Of a stretch of 64,000 nucleotides of DNA, positions 9,373-17,375 are shown in pieces. Position 1 is the stretch's first letter; every line of letters starts with the position of its first letter. This DNA is from Dehalococcoidia bacterium. GTDB lineage: Bacteria > Chloroflexota > Dehalococcoidia > UBA6926. The notes under the pieces are model-generated. The model had not been told where the DNA came from. It ran no database searches and saw only the letters and a list, made by a program, of their open reading frames with translations. The translations under genes were made by a program, and so were the position numbers. The DNA lies in assembly GCA_034428515.1 (NCBI GenBank), contig DAOUHQ010000013.1, forward strand, positions 82,371 through 146,370, read 5' to 3'.

Positions 9373-9879
9373 TCAGTCGATGTGGCCGAGGTCCTTGATG
9401 CTGGCGAAGTTGTCGCCGCCGATGACGACGTGGTCGAGGAGATCGACGCCCAGCAGCTTGCATGCCCGCTGGAGTTCGCGGGTGGCTCTGATGTCCTCCG
9501 GGCTGGGGGTGGGATCGCCCGACGGGTGGTTGTGGGCCACGATGAGGTGCGGCATGCCCTCCACGACGGCGGGCCTCAGCACCTCGGCGGGCCGGATGGC
9601 GCATTCGCTGACCGTGCCCTGGTAGATGACGCGCTGCCCCGCGAGGTGGTTCCTCTTGTCGAGCAGCAGGACGCGCAGCTGTTCCTGCGCCAGGTCCGCC
9701 ATCTCGTCGCGCAGCAGCGCGTGAACGTCGTGGGGGCTGGAGATGGTGACGGTCATACCGTCACGTCGGGAGGGTTTCGTGCTCACCTCGTAGCGGACGG
9801 CGAGTTCTCCGAGGAGTTGGAGATTGGTGCGGAGCGCGTCGATGATCTCGGACGGCTCCGAGGACTTCTTGCGAGTCAT
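9373..9879 (-). CDS. radC: RadC-like JAB/MPN domain protein
   Basis: QEQLRVLLLD, AHNHPSGDPTPSPED, LLDHVVIG motifs. Confidence 0.92.
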   Translation of the reverse strand: MTRKKSSEPSEIIDALRTNLQLLGELAVRYEVSTKPSRRDGMTVTISSPHDVHALLRDEMADLAQEQLRVLLLDKRNHLAGQRVIYQGTVSECAIRPAEVLRPAVVEGMPHLIVAHNHPSGDPTPSPEDIRATRELQRACKLLGVDLLDHVVIGGDNFASIKDLGHID

Positions 9880-9914
9880 GGGGAGTTCCTCCGTAGGGAC
9901 TCGATAACGGAAGA

Positions 9915-9975
9915 CGGGGCCGCTCCCGATGTGGGAGTCGGCCCCGTGTGGCGCCTGCTCTGGCGGGCAGGCGTC
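9915..9975. repeat. Intergenic double-hairpin repeat, copy 1 (ssb/radC)
   Basis: CGGGGCCGCTCCC...GGGAGTCGGCCCCG, then a CGCCTGC/GCAGGCG stem. Confidence 0.7.
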
Positions 9976-9989
9976 GTTCGCCGGTCCAG

Positions 9990-10388
9990 CTAGAACGGCG
10001 AGCTGCCCGGCTCAACGTCCTCGTCGAACCCGGCGGAGTCGTGGTTGGACGAGTTGCCATTGCCGTTGCCGCCGTCCAGGAACACCACCTCCGAGGCGTA
10101 GATCTCGGTGGCGTAGCGGCGCGTCCCGTCCTTGGCTTCGTAGCTGTTCTGGGCGAGGCGGCCCGCGACGTAGAGCCGCTGGCCCTTCCGGACGTACTGG
10201 TTGACGGCCTCGCCGAGCTTGTCCCACACCGTGATGGTGTGCCAGTCGGCCTCGGTCTCCCCGTTCTGGCGGTTCCGGTCCGTGGCCAGCCGAAGCTGGG
10301 TGACGGCGGTGCCGCTCGGCGTGTAGCGCATCTCGGGCTCGTTGCCCACGCGGCCCAGCAGCTCGACGCGATTGATCGTGCGTGACAT
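9990..10388 (-). CDS. ssb: Single-stranded DNA-binding protein
   Basis: INRVELLGRVGNEPEMRYTPSG...; acidic tail ending PF. Confidence 0.95.
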   Translation of the reverse strand: MSRTINRVELLGRVGNEPEMRYTPSGTAVTQLRLATDRNRQNGETEADWHTITVWDKLGEAVNQYVRKGQRLYVAGRLAQNSYEAKDGTRRYATEIYASEVVFLDGGNGNGNSSNHDSAGFDEDVEPGSSPF

Positions 10389-10440
10389 TTCTGACTCCTT
10401 CTCGCAATTGGATGCGATCTTTCGTGGCGCGGTATTGCGC

Positions 10441-10511
10441 CTCCTTTAAGGAAGAGCGGGGCCGCTCCCGTTCATGGGAACAGCCCCGTCGTGCGCCCTC
10501 CGGGGAGGGCG
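10441..10511. repeat. Intergenic double-hairpin repeat, copy 2 (nuclease/ssb)
   Basis: CTCCTTTAAG, then CGGGGCCGCTCCC...GGGAACAGCCCCG (10457-10488), then a CGCCCTCC/GGAGGGCG stem. Confidence 0.7.
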
Positions 10512-10512
10512 G

Positions 10513-11568
10513 CTAGCTGACGCGGACGTACTCGGAGAGGTTCTCCGTGACGATCTCCGCGCGGGTCTCGGGGTCGAGCAGGGCGTTGAGCTTCCTGTGG
10601 TCCACGGCATAGCGCCGCGACTGCACGAGGTTGACGGTGTGACCGTCGATCTCCGCCTTGCCCGATTCCCGGCCCGTCATCCACGCTCTGAGCGTGGCAA
10701 GCGCCGCGCGCTTGGCCTGCTCCGGCCCGCGCACGGCGTCCTGCGCCGACAGGTAGTCCGCGACCGCCCTCCGCGCATCGTCGTCGTTCACCTCCGTGAC
10801 CTCACGGCCGTCCTCTTCAATGTCATCTGCCTGTGCGGCCACCTCCGGCTGGCAAGTCGCCAGGAACGGGCAACTCCGGCACTGCCACGACTCCGCCGTG
10901 AAGTCGCGGTCCGGTAGTGAGTCGGGATCCGGCCCGATGAGTGCATGGTGCGCGGCCAGTTGCCCCAGCCGTTTAGAGGCGTCCCGCAGCGCCGTCGTAA
11001 GCCGCTCTGCCGGGATCACCTCGTAGTCCCATGTCCTGCTGCCGGTTTCCATGCAGGCGATGACCGCGTCCCGCATCTCGCCGAACACGCCCAGCGTGTA
11101 GACGGCCACCTGCGCGACGGCGTTCGGGTGGCTGCGTTCCGCGCCGAGCACCTGCCAGCGCTTGAAGGCATCGGGGTTGCGGGTCTTCACTTCTATGACC
11201 GCCTCGCCGCCGAAGATCGGCATGTCGCCGGTCGCGTCGGGGTGGCCCGTGACCCGCAGTCTCGCTCCAATAGGAACGGATACCGGTTGCGGGTTCTCGC
11301 GTTCGGTCGGGTGGATCTCCCAGCCCGCCCGTTCCATCGCCCTGAGCACGACGGGTTCCAGCGCGGTGCCCGCCTCCATCGTGGTGAGGGAAGGTTCCGA
11401 GGGCGGGTTCGTGATGCGATGCCCCGTCGCGGCGTACCAGAGGGACCGCCGGCAATCTCCCACCGCAGAGGCGCGAATCTCCAGCACGCCGTCCTCACGG
11501 AACCGCGCGTTGGGCCGCGAATAGGGATCCGCTCCCAAATCTGAATCTGACTCAATCGTGGTCGTCAT
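10513..11568 (-). CDS. PD-(D/E)XK (RecB/Cas4-like) exonuclease with probable Fe-S cluster
   Basis: GHPD...IEVKT nuclease motif, QVAVY; N-terminal Cys (GDCRR) plus CRSCPFLATC give a four-Cys staple. Confidence 0.8.
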   Translation of the reverse strand: MTTTIESDSDLGADPYSRPNARFREDGVLEIRASAVGDCRRSLWYAATGHRITNPPSEPSLTTMEAGTALEPVVLRAMERAGWEIHPTERENPQPVSVPIGARLRVTGHPDATGDMPIFGGEAVIEVKTRNPDAFKRWQVLGAERSHPNAVAQVAVYTLGVFGEMRDAVIACMETGSRTWDYEVIPAERLTTALRDASKRLGQLAAHHALIGPDPDSLPDRDFTAESWQCRSCPFLATCQPEVAAQADDIEEDGREVTEVNDDDARRAVADYLSAQDAVRGPEQAKRAALATLRAWMTGRESGKAEIDGHTVNLVQSRRYAVDHRKLNALLDPETRAEIVTENLSEYVRVS

Positions 11569-11594
11569 CTCGTTCCTCCTGTAAGGAATGACTA

Positions 11595-11981
11595 TCAGGC
11601 GGCGCGTTCGGTTGCGCCGTGTTGCCCGTCGGACGCGAAGGGCCGCAGGACATGTGTGATGGCGTCGGCGATGCCATGCACCCAGCCGCTTGACCCGTCG
11701 GGCAACTGGTTCGGCCAGGGCTGCATCTCGTGGATGCCCGCGAGTTGATCGACGATCTCGGCGATTGGCGTCCCGCGTCTGAGGTGCAGCGAGACGAGGC
11801 GGCAGGCCGTCTCGGTCAGGCCGCGCTCGAACGTGCCCGCCTTCCCCAACTGCCCGAAGACCTCGAAGGGCTCGCCGTTCTCGTCCACCGAGACGGTTAG
11901 GTAGAGGTTGCCGTGCGCGGTGGCGATCACCGTCGTCGTGCCGCTCAGCGAGCGGGGCCGTGTTCTGCTCGTCTGTTCCAT
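11595..11981 (-). CDS. Stand-alone TSCPD domain (class II ribonucleotide reductase C-terminal/NrdJb-like)
   Basis: RPRSLSGTT...GNLYLTV...PFEVFGQLGKAG...RLVSLHLRRG...EIVDQLAGI. Start set at 11981 after AAAGGAGAG. Confidence 0.7.
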   Translation of the reverse strand: MEQTSRTRPRSLSGTTTVIATAHGNLYLTVSVDENGEPFEVFGQLGKAGTFERGLTETACRLVSLHLRRGTPIAEIVDQLAGIHEMQPWPNQLPDGSSGWVHGIADAITHVLRPFASDGQHGATERAA

Positions 11982-11992
11982 GTGTGCTGCCT

Positions 11993-12099
11993 CTCCTTTA
12001 AGAGGAGGCGGGGCCATCCCTCATTTCGGGAGGCGGCCCCGCTGTGCTGCTCGTGGACTGGCGACTAGGCCGCCGTCGGTGGCTCCGCCGGCCTAGTCT
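11993..12099. repeat. Intergenic double-hairpin repeat, copy 3 (rad52-like/TSCPD)
   Basis: CTCCTTTAAG, then CGGGGCCATCCC...GGGAGGCGGCCCCG (12009-12041), then a GACTAGGCC/GGCCTAGTC stem. Confidence 0.7.
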
Positions 12100-12832
12100 G
12101 TTCGTCGACCTTCCTCTCCGCCGCCGCAACCAGATCGGCCAATTCTTCGGTGCTGATCTGGGTGATGGCTCTGCCGGTGCGCGCCTTGACCGCGGCCTCC
12201 ACCTGCTCGGCGTTGAATCCTTGTGCTTTGCCGAGCTCGTACAGACGGATGCCCAACTTCTGCCTCTCGACCGCCGGCCTGGTCGACGGCTCCCTCGTCA
12301 CTTCGACGATGGCCGTCTGCGGATCGCCGTAGAGCGCGTTTCCGAAGCGCGCTCCGAAAGAGCGCAGCGCCCGCTTGAGGCCGTCGGTGACGGCTCCCTT
12401 GACGGCCGTCTCATGCCCGTCGGCGTTGTCCTCGACGACTGCGTGGAATCCAACGTCCATGCGGGAAGGCGCTCCAAGGACCGTGACGCGCACGGTGGCG
12501 GCGTAGGCGCGGATGCGGCGGATCTCGCCCGTCTTGGCGTCGATGCTGTCGATCTTCCGCAGTGTCACCTCGCCCATCACGTCGTAGCCCCAGCCGCCGT
12601 AGCCGAAGACGCGATTGGCTTCGTCAATGACCGTGTGCCCCTCGATGTACGAGAAGGTCTTGCCGCCGCGCCCCTTCCGCTGGGAGACAAGTGCGGGGTC
12701 GATGGGTGTGTCCAACTCCTGCCTGATGCCGGGCGCGAGACCGTCCCAGAGGATGGCGTCGTGCCCGTTCACCGGCGTGATGGCGGTAGGCTTCGTGCCG
12801 TTCTTGTGACCGTTCTCATTCGTGCTGACCAT
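12065..12832 (-). CDS. Rad52/Rad22-family (Sak-like) single-strand annealing protein
   Basis: RKGRGGKTFSYIEGHTVIDEANRVFGYGGW...AVKGAVTDGLKRALRSFGARFGNALY. Start set at MVSTNE (12832). Confidence 0.88.
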   Translation of the reverse strand: MVSTNENGHKNGTKPTAITPVNGHDAILWDGLAPGIRQELDTPIDPALVSQRKGRGGKTFSYIEGHTVIDEANRVFGYGGWGYDVMGEVTLRKIDSIDAKTGEIRRIRAYAATVRVTVLGAPSRMDVGFHAVVEDNADGHETAVKGAVTDGLKRALRSFGARFGNALYGDPQTAIVEVTREPSTRPAVERQKLGIRLYELGKAQGFNAEQVEAAVKARTGRAITQISTEELADLVAAAERKVDEQTRPAEPPTAA

Positions 12833-12885
12833 TGTTCTCTCCTTGCTTGTCCGATAGGTGAGCGGGCCGTCAGTCGACCCGTGTG

Positions 12886-12910
12886 CGGGGCGAAATAGCC
12901 CCGTCGTCGC
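12886..12910. repeat. Shortened copy 4 of the intergenic hairpin (primase/rad52-like)
   Basis: CGGGGC-GAAATA-GCCCCG-TCGTCGC; shares the AGCCCCGTCGT flank with copy 2. Confidence 0.5.
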
Positions 12911-12917
12911 TTGCTGG

Positions 12918-13970
12918 TTATCGTTCCCGTCTCTTCTCCCGCGCCGCATCGGCCAACTGGGCGATGAAGGCGGCGCGTCCGTCCGGCGCGGTGGCGAGTT
13001 CGCCGACGTCCATGAAGTCGCGAGGAAGCTGGACGACCGCCGAACGACGGCCCAAGAGGGCAGAGAGTCGTTCGGCGGCGGCGACGCCGGCATCGTCCCT
13101 GTCGAAGGCGACGAACACGTTGGCGAACCGCGAGACCGCCTGAGCGACACGTTCGAGGCCCTGTGTTCCAAGGGCGGCGCAGCCGGGTAGGCCCCACTGC
13201 GCCAGCGTCAGCCAGTCGAACATCCCCTCCGTGACGATGACCCATCGGGCATCGCTGGGGATGGAGCCCAGACCGAGCACCGGCTTGGAGCCGGTCAACG
13301 CCTGGAAGCGAGGCCGCGCCCCGTGCGTGATCGCTCGCCCCCCGAGCCATCGGACGAGGCCGCCGGCAACGTCGGGCACGACGAGCCTGCCTCCGAAGCG
13401 CTCTGCGCCACGTTCCGTGAACAAACCGGAGCGGGCTACCCGCTCGCCGTCGAAGCCGGCGGCGAGCAGCGCCTCGCGCAGTCGCGCTCCCGGCGCGTAG
13501 CCGAGACCGAGCTTGATTGCCGTGGCAATCGCGATTCCTCGACCTTCGAGGTAGGCGAGCGCGTCCTCGCTTCCAAGCAGCTGTGCTGCGTAGAAGCGCG
13601 CGGCCGCCGTGAGGACGGCGCGATCCCGCGCTGGAGGCGGCTCCACGCGCGCCCGCGACTCAAGCCGGGCGTTGCGTGGGTTAAGGACGGCAGTGCCGCC
13701 AAGCAGTTGCAACGCTCCGACGAGTGGCACCGACTCCGTCCGCTGGATGAAGTCCAGTACGTCGCCGCCCTCGCCGCAGCCGAAGCAGTACCACCGCTGC
13801 GAGTCGCCGTAGACAGTGAAACTGCCCTCTGCCTCGTCGTGGAACGGGCAGACGCCCTGACGGACGCGGCCCGTGCCGCGCAACTTCACGCCGGCGGACT
13901 CCACGATGGCGGCGAGGTCGTGACGCGCCTTGACCGCCGCGATGTCGATGCAGGGTGCTGCGACAGTCAT
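12918..13970 (-). CDS. dnaG: DnaG-type primase (CHC2 zinc finger + Toprim), element-encoded
   Basis: CPFH...WYCFGCG; Toprim VTEGMFD and AFDRD; lacks a C-terminal helicase-binding domain. Start set at 13970. Confidence 0.85.
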   Translation of the reverse strand: MTVAAPCIDIAAVKARHDLAAIVESAGVKLRGTGRVRQGVCPFHDEAEGSFTVYGDSQRWYCFGCGEGGDVLDFIQRTESVPLVGALQLLGGTAVLNPRNARLESRARVEPPPARDRAVLTAAARFYAAQLLGSEDALAYLEGRGIAIATAIKLGLGYAPGARLREALLAAGFDGERVARSGLFTERGAERFGGRLVVPDVAGGLVRWLGGRAITHGARPRFQALTGSKPVLGLGSIPSDARWVIVTEGMFDWLTLAQWGLPGCAALGTQGLERVAQAVSRFANVFVAFDRDDAGVAAAERLSALLGRRSAVVQLPRDFMDVGELATAPDGRAAFIAQLADAAREKRRER

Positions 13971-14422
13971 GCCGGCCTCCCCGTGAGGTCCCGCAAGCCG
14001 CGCAGGCTTCGACGGGAGACAACCTTCCCGGGCCGCCACTTCATGCCGAGCGCGGCAACAACTTCGAGATCGCCCCGGGCGAGTTGTCCCAGGGCGGCGG
14101 CACGACCGTCGCCCTGCGTGTAGACCAACACCCGCTGCCGCCCGAAGCAGCGGCGCACGAGGTCAAACCACTCGTTGTAGAGCCACCGCTTCTGCTCCAG
14201 CGCTGCGCCTCTGGCGTCGGCCGCCGAGAGCGTTGCCAGTGCCTCCTCGGGCTTGCCCTCGCGCCGTAGCCGACGTGCCTCGTGGATCGCCCTGGCGATG
14301 CTGAGAGACTCTCTCTTCTCCGAGTTCCGTCCGAAGATGGCCGCGATCAACCTGTCCACCAGCGGCTCCAACGCCGCCATCGGACTCTCGTCGATGAACT
14401 CAGTTGCCGTTGTCGTGGTCAT
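13967..14422 (-). CDS. Hypothetical protein
   Basis: Start MTTTT at 14422 after AAAGGG; TGA overlaps the primase ATG. Confidence 0.6.
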   Translation of the reverse strand: MTTTTATEFIDESPMAALEPLVDRLIAAIFGRNSEKRESLSIARAIHEARRLRREGKPEEALATLSAADARGAALEQKRWLYNEWFDLVRRCFGRQRVLVYTQGDGRAAALGQLARGDLEVVAALGMKWRPGKVVSRRSLRGLRDLTGRPA

Positions 14423-14696
14423 GTCCAACCCTTTCCTTCTCTCTCTTCGTGCGAGCTCGTTCTGCCGCCCGTCTCTGCGCCGCGCCCGCCGCCTTGCCGA
14501 CGGCCCAGCCCAGCGCGAGCCGCCTGAACTGGAACAGGACATAGGCCAGCCCGATCGCGTTCAGAACGCAGATCTCCGGGTCTCGTAAGAGGGCGAACGG
14601 CAGGATGAACAGCGCCGTCACTGCCGCGATCAGCAGCAGGCAGCGGTGCCGTACCAGCAGCCCCAACGCCCTCACGGGAATCAATGCAATGCGCAT
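14400..14696 (-). CDS. Small membrane protein, first gene of the leftward operon
   Basis: Two hydrophobic segments; AAGGAGG upstream of ATG 14696. Confidence 0.6.
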   Translation of the reverse strand: MRIALIPVRALGLLVRHRCLLLIAAVTALFILPFALLRDPEICVLNAIGLAYVLFQFRRLALGWAVGKAAGAAQRRAAERARTKREKERVGHDHDNGN

Positions 14697-15419
14697 GTGC
14701 GCCTCCTTGATGAGTAGCGGCCCACGCCGGCATCCGGGCGCAGGTCTAGTGCTGTCGAAAGGGGAAATGGGTATAGCTCGCCGGCGGTCGGATGCCAAAC
14801 CATCGCGCGAGTTGAAAGGGAATTCATGGGACGCAGCCGACGAGATTTCCCAAGAGGGAAACCGCCGTCACTGCCGCCCGAAATGGAAACGCCGGCCTCG
14901 GCTTCTGCCGCCGACCGGCAATGTATGAGAGACCCGCCTAGCTACGATTCACGTGGCTCTCGCGGGCAAGTCGAATCAGCCGAAGCGCAAGTGGCGTTCC
15001 GGCCGATGTGTGGAGCGGTCAGACTGCGAGTCGCAACCTGTCCGCAAGTTCCCGCTGTTCGAGGTGGCTCACGTGAGAGAAAACTCTCAGTAGTGATCCA
15101 CCTCTCGCCCCGGGGAGCGATGTTCCCGTGTTCGCGATGGGAAATGGGGAGAAACTCGACCCTTTCCTGTCACTCGCCGCAGGAAGCGATGGTCCCGATT
15201 TCGGATGTCCGGAGAGAAATCAATCGATCCCCGTGCATGTAACCCAGGTCGTTCGGGATAACCCGTCCAGGTTTCTAAGGTCAGAAACGCTGGAAAGCCA
15301 AACAACCCTGCTATTCTTATCGCCCACGCGGTCTCTGGCAAGGGGATTTTGCCGTTCCTGGGCGTCCAGAAGGGAATCGTTCCTAGACATTACCATGCCG
15401 TTTCCATTTAGTTAACAAA

Positions 15420-15446
15420 TCAGGGCTGGCACGAAGACAGCCCTGA
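15420..15446. terminator. 9-bp stem hairpin just downstream of the 293-aa gene
   Basis: TCAGGGCTG/CAGCCCTGA; AT-rich tail on the minus strand. Confidence 0.5.
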
Positions 15447-15450
15447 TCAG

Positions 15451-16332
15451 CTAGCCCCACCACACCCCGAACGTCGCCAGCCGTCTAACCCAACGGAGCA
15501 TCTTGCGACGAAAAATCCTCCGCCTGACGACGCGGAGATCGTCCAACCGCCATTTCGTGATGTGTCTGCGCCAGTGGTCGTCAATGGGTTTATCGTCCGG
15601 CGGCAGAGTCAGCTTGTACTCATTCAGCAGCACCAGCTCCACGATCAGCAGCCGCTCCTGCCTCTCCAACCACGTTAGCGTCCTACCTTTCAGTGAATGA
15701 TTCCGCTGCAGCATCCGCCACTCGCGTACGAGCGGCCACGCCTTTCGGTACACATATGAATCGTCATTGGCTGGCTCGACGGTCACGATGTCGTCGTAAT
15801 TGCGGCGCGGGAATGTTGGCCTAGTCTGCTTCTGGGGAGCCTCGATGGAAGTGATCGATGTAACACCCCGACCCCGCCGTGCAGACTTCGTTCTCTTGGC
15901 GCCCGTGGGTCTCGCCTGTTGAGCCGACGAATCCCCGCTAATCTTCCGTTCCAGGACGCGGATGGCCCTGTCCTGTTCGGCTCCGTGCGTTTCGATCGTT
16001 GTGCGTAGCTGTTTCGAACCGGCCACAATTTCCTTGACGACGCCCTCCACCTTGGCAAGCCGGTCATCCAACACGGTGAGGCGTTCCTCATGCAGCTGAA
16101 AGATCGGGTTGTCTTCTGAGAGCAGTCTCAGTTCCAACGCGTGTGTCATCCGTCTCGACAACCGCCGGGTCTCTTGGGCTGCGGCGAGGGTCTTGTAATT
16201 CACGCCCAGCTTGCTTGCCGCCTGCATCGGTCCCTCTTCGCGCACGATTCGATCCATCAGGATGAGCAACGCTTCACGCCCTCGCGCCGTCTCTCCCTGC
16301 ACGTCATCCAGCATCAGCAGATCGTCTTCCAA
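15451..16332 (-). CDS. Hypothetical protein with N-terminal HTH-like and coiled-coil segments
   Basis: PMQAASKLGVNYKTL is HTH-like; heptad-rich middle; AAGGAGG upstream of the start. Confidence 0.6.
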   Translation of the reverse strand: MEDDLLMLDDVQGETARGREALLILMDRIVREEGPMQAASKLGVNYKTLAAAQETRRLSRRMTHALELRLLSEDNPIFQLHEERLTVLDDRLAKVEGVVKEIVAGSKQLRTTIETHGAEQDRAIRVLERKISGDSSAQQARPTGAKRTKSARRGRGVTSITSIEAPQKQTRPTFPRRNYDDIVTVEPANDDSYVYRKAWPLVREWRMLQRNHSLKGRTLTWLERQERLLIVELVLLNEYKLTLPPDDKPIDDHWRRHITKWRLDDLRVVRRRIFRRKMLRWVRRLATFGVWWG

Positions 16333-16735
16333 GCCCCACCTCCTTGAGATTTCCGTTTTCGGAGGTCGTCAATCCGCCTGCCGGAATTCGTCGCTCTCAC
16401 ATGCCCTCGAAAAAATGGAACTGGAGAATAGGCCGTGTGGGAGACAAACTCACCCTCACGCCTAAACAGTCGAAGGTGAAATCGCTTGTTGCCCAAACCC
16501 CTTCTGCCGCATGACGACCTGCTAAACAACCCTTGTGTCTTCTTTGAGCACAAGCCTTGATCCCTGTACACGCCAAAGACTTACAGAAGCCGATTCACCA
16601 GGACATGGTGAGCAGGGCAGGCCTGTCAGCGAGCCTGGGCTCGCCTGGAAGCCCGCCTAGCTCACCATTTGCAAGCGATCGTCGTTTGCGAACACTTGTC
16701 CTCATGTCTTTCGATTCCAACACAAGGAGGCACTC

Positions 16736-17362
16736 GTGGAGCATCGACCTACAGTCATCACGGCAGCAGTTCGAAGCCGCCCCATAAAGCGGGCGGCGCT
16801 GGTGGCCATGATCATGACCGTTCTCTTGGCGGTCGCCACAGCGACCGTTATCACAAGTCCGGCGCTGGCTCAGACGCCTCCCGACGCGACCGACCTGATG
16901 AGCGATCCCGACGACGTTGTCGAGCGGGACGACGACGGCAGCTTCACAGCCCGGCCCGTCTTCAACCGGCAGATTCCGCTGTTGCATTACGGCGTCCGCG
17001 ACGCCGATACGGGTACGTGGGTGAGTTCCGTCTACCAGGTGCGCGGCGGTGAGCGCCGCCACCGCGACGGCTGGGAGTATACGTTCGACTATCCCGTTCT
17101 GGATGAGCAGCCCGAATTGGATCCGCAAAAGCCGTACATCCTGGGAATCATCACGCGGCAGGCTGTCGGTGCGGATGTGTACACATTCCACGCGGTCATT
17201 CCCGTTCATCAGTCGGATTCGCTCTGGGACCGCGTGTTGGGAGCGCTGAGTCCGGACCGGTGGGCACGGGCAGTGGCTCAGTGGATTATCGAGGGCGTTC
17301 ACGGCGCGCTCTGCGGCGTCGTCGAGAGGGCGACGAGCGTGGACGCGGCGGAGTGCCGGTAG
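16736..17362 (+). CDS. Exported/membrane-anchored hypothetical protein, first gene of the tra operon
   Basis: AAGGAGG + GTG; signal peptide ending PALA-Q. Confidence 0.7.
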   Translation: MEHRPTVITAAVRSRPIKRAALVAMIMTVLLAVATATVITSPALAQTPPDATDLMSDPDDVVERDDDGSFTARPVFNRQIPLLHYGVRDADTGTWVSSVYQVRGGERRHRDGWEYTFDYPVLDEQPELDPQKPYILGIITRQAVGADVYTFHAVIPVHQSDSLWDRVLGALSPDRWARAVAQWIIEGVHGALCGVVERATSVDAAECR

Positions 17363-17375
17363 GTGTTGACGCAGA

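Noticed and set aside
10513-11568. Cas4 / CRISPR-Cas system
   Set aside because: The four-Cys nuclease is Cas4-like, but no cas1/cas2 and no repeat-spacer array were seen anywhere in the window; the context is phage/ICE recombination.
4846-14696. Prophage
   Set aside because: ssb, Rad52-like, primase and XRE genes are phage-like, but no terminase, portal, capsid or tail genes are present, whereas conjugation genes are.
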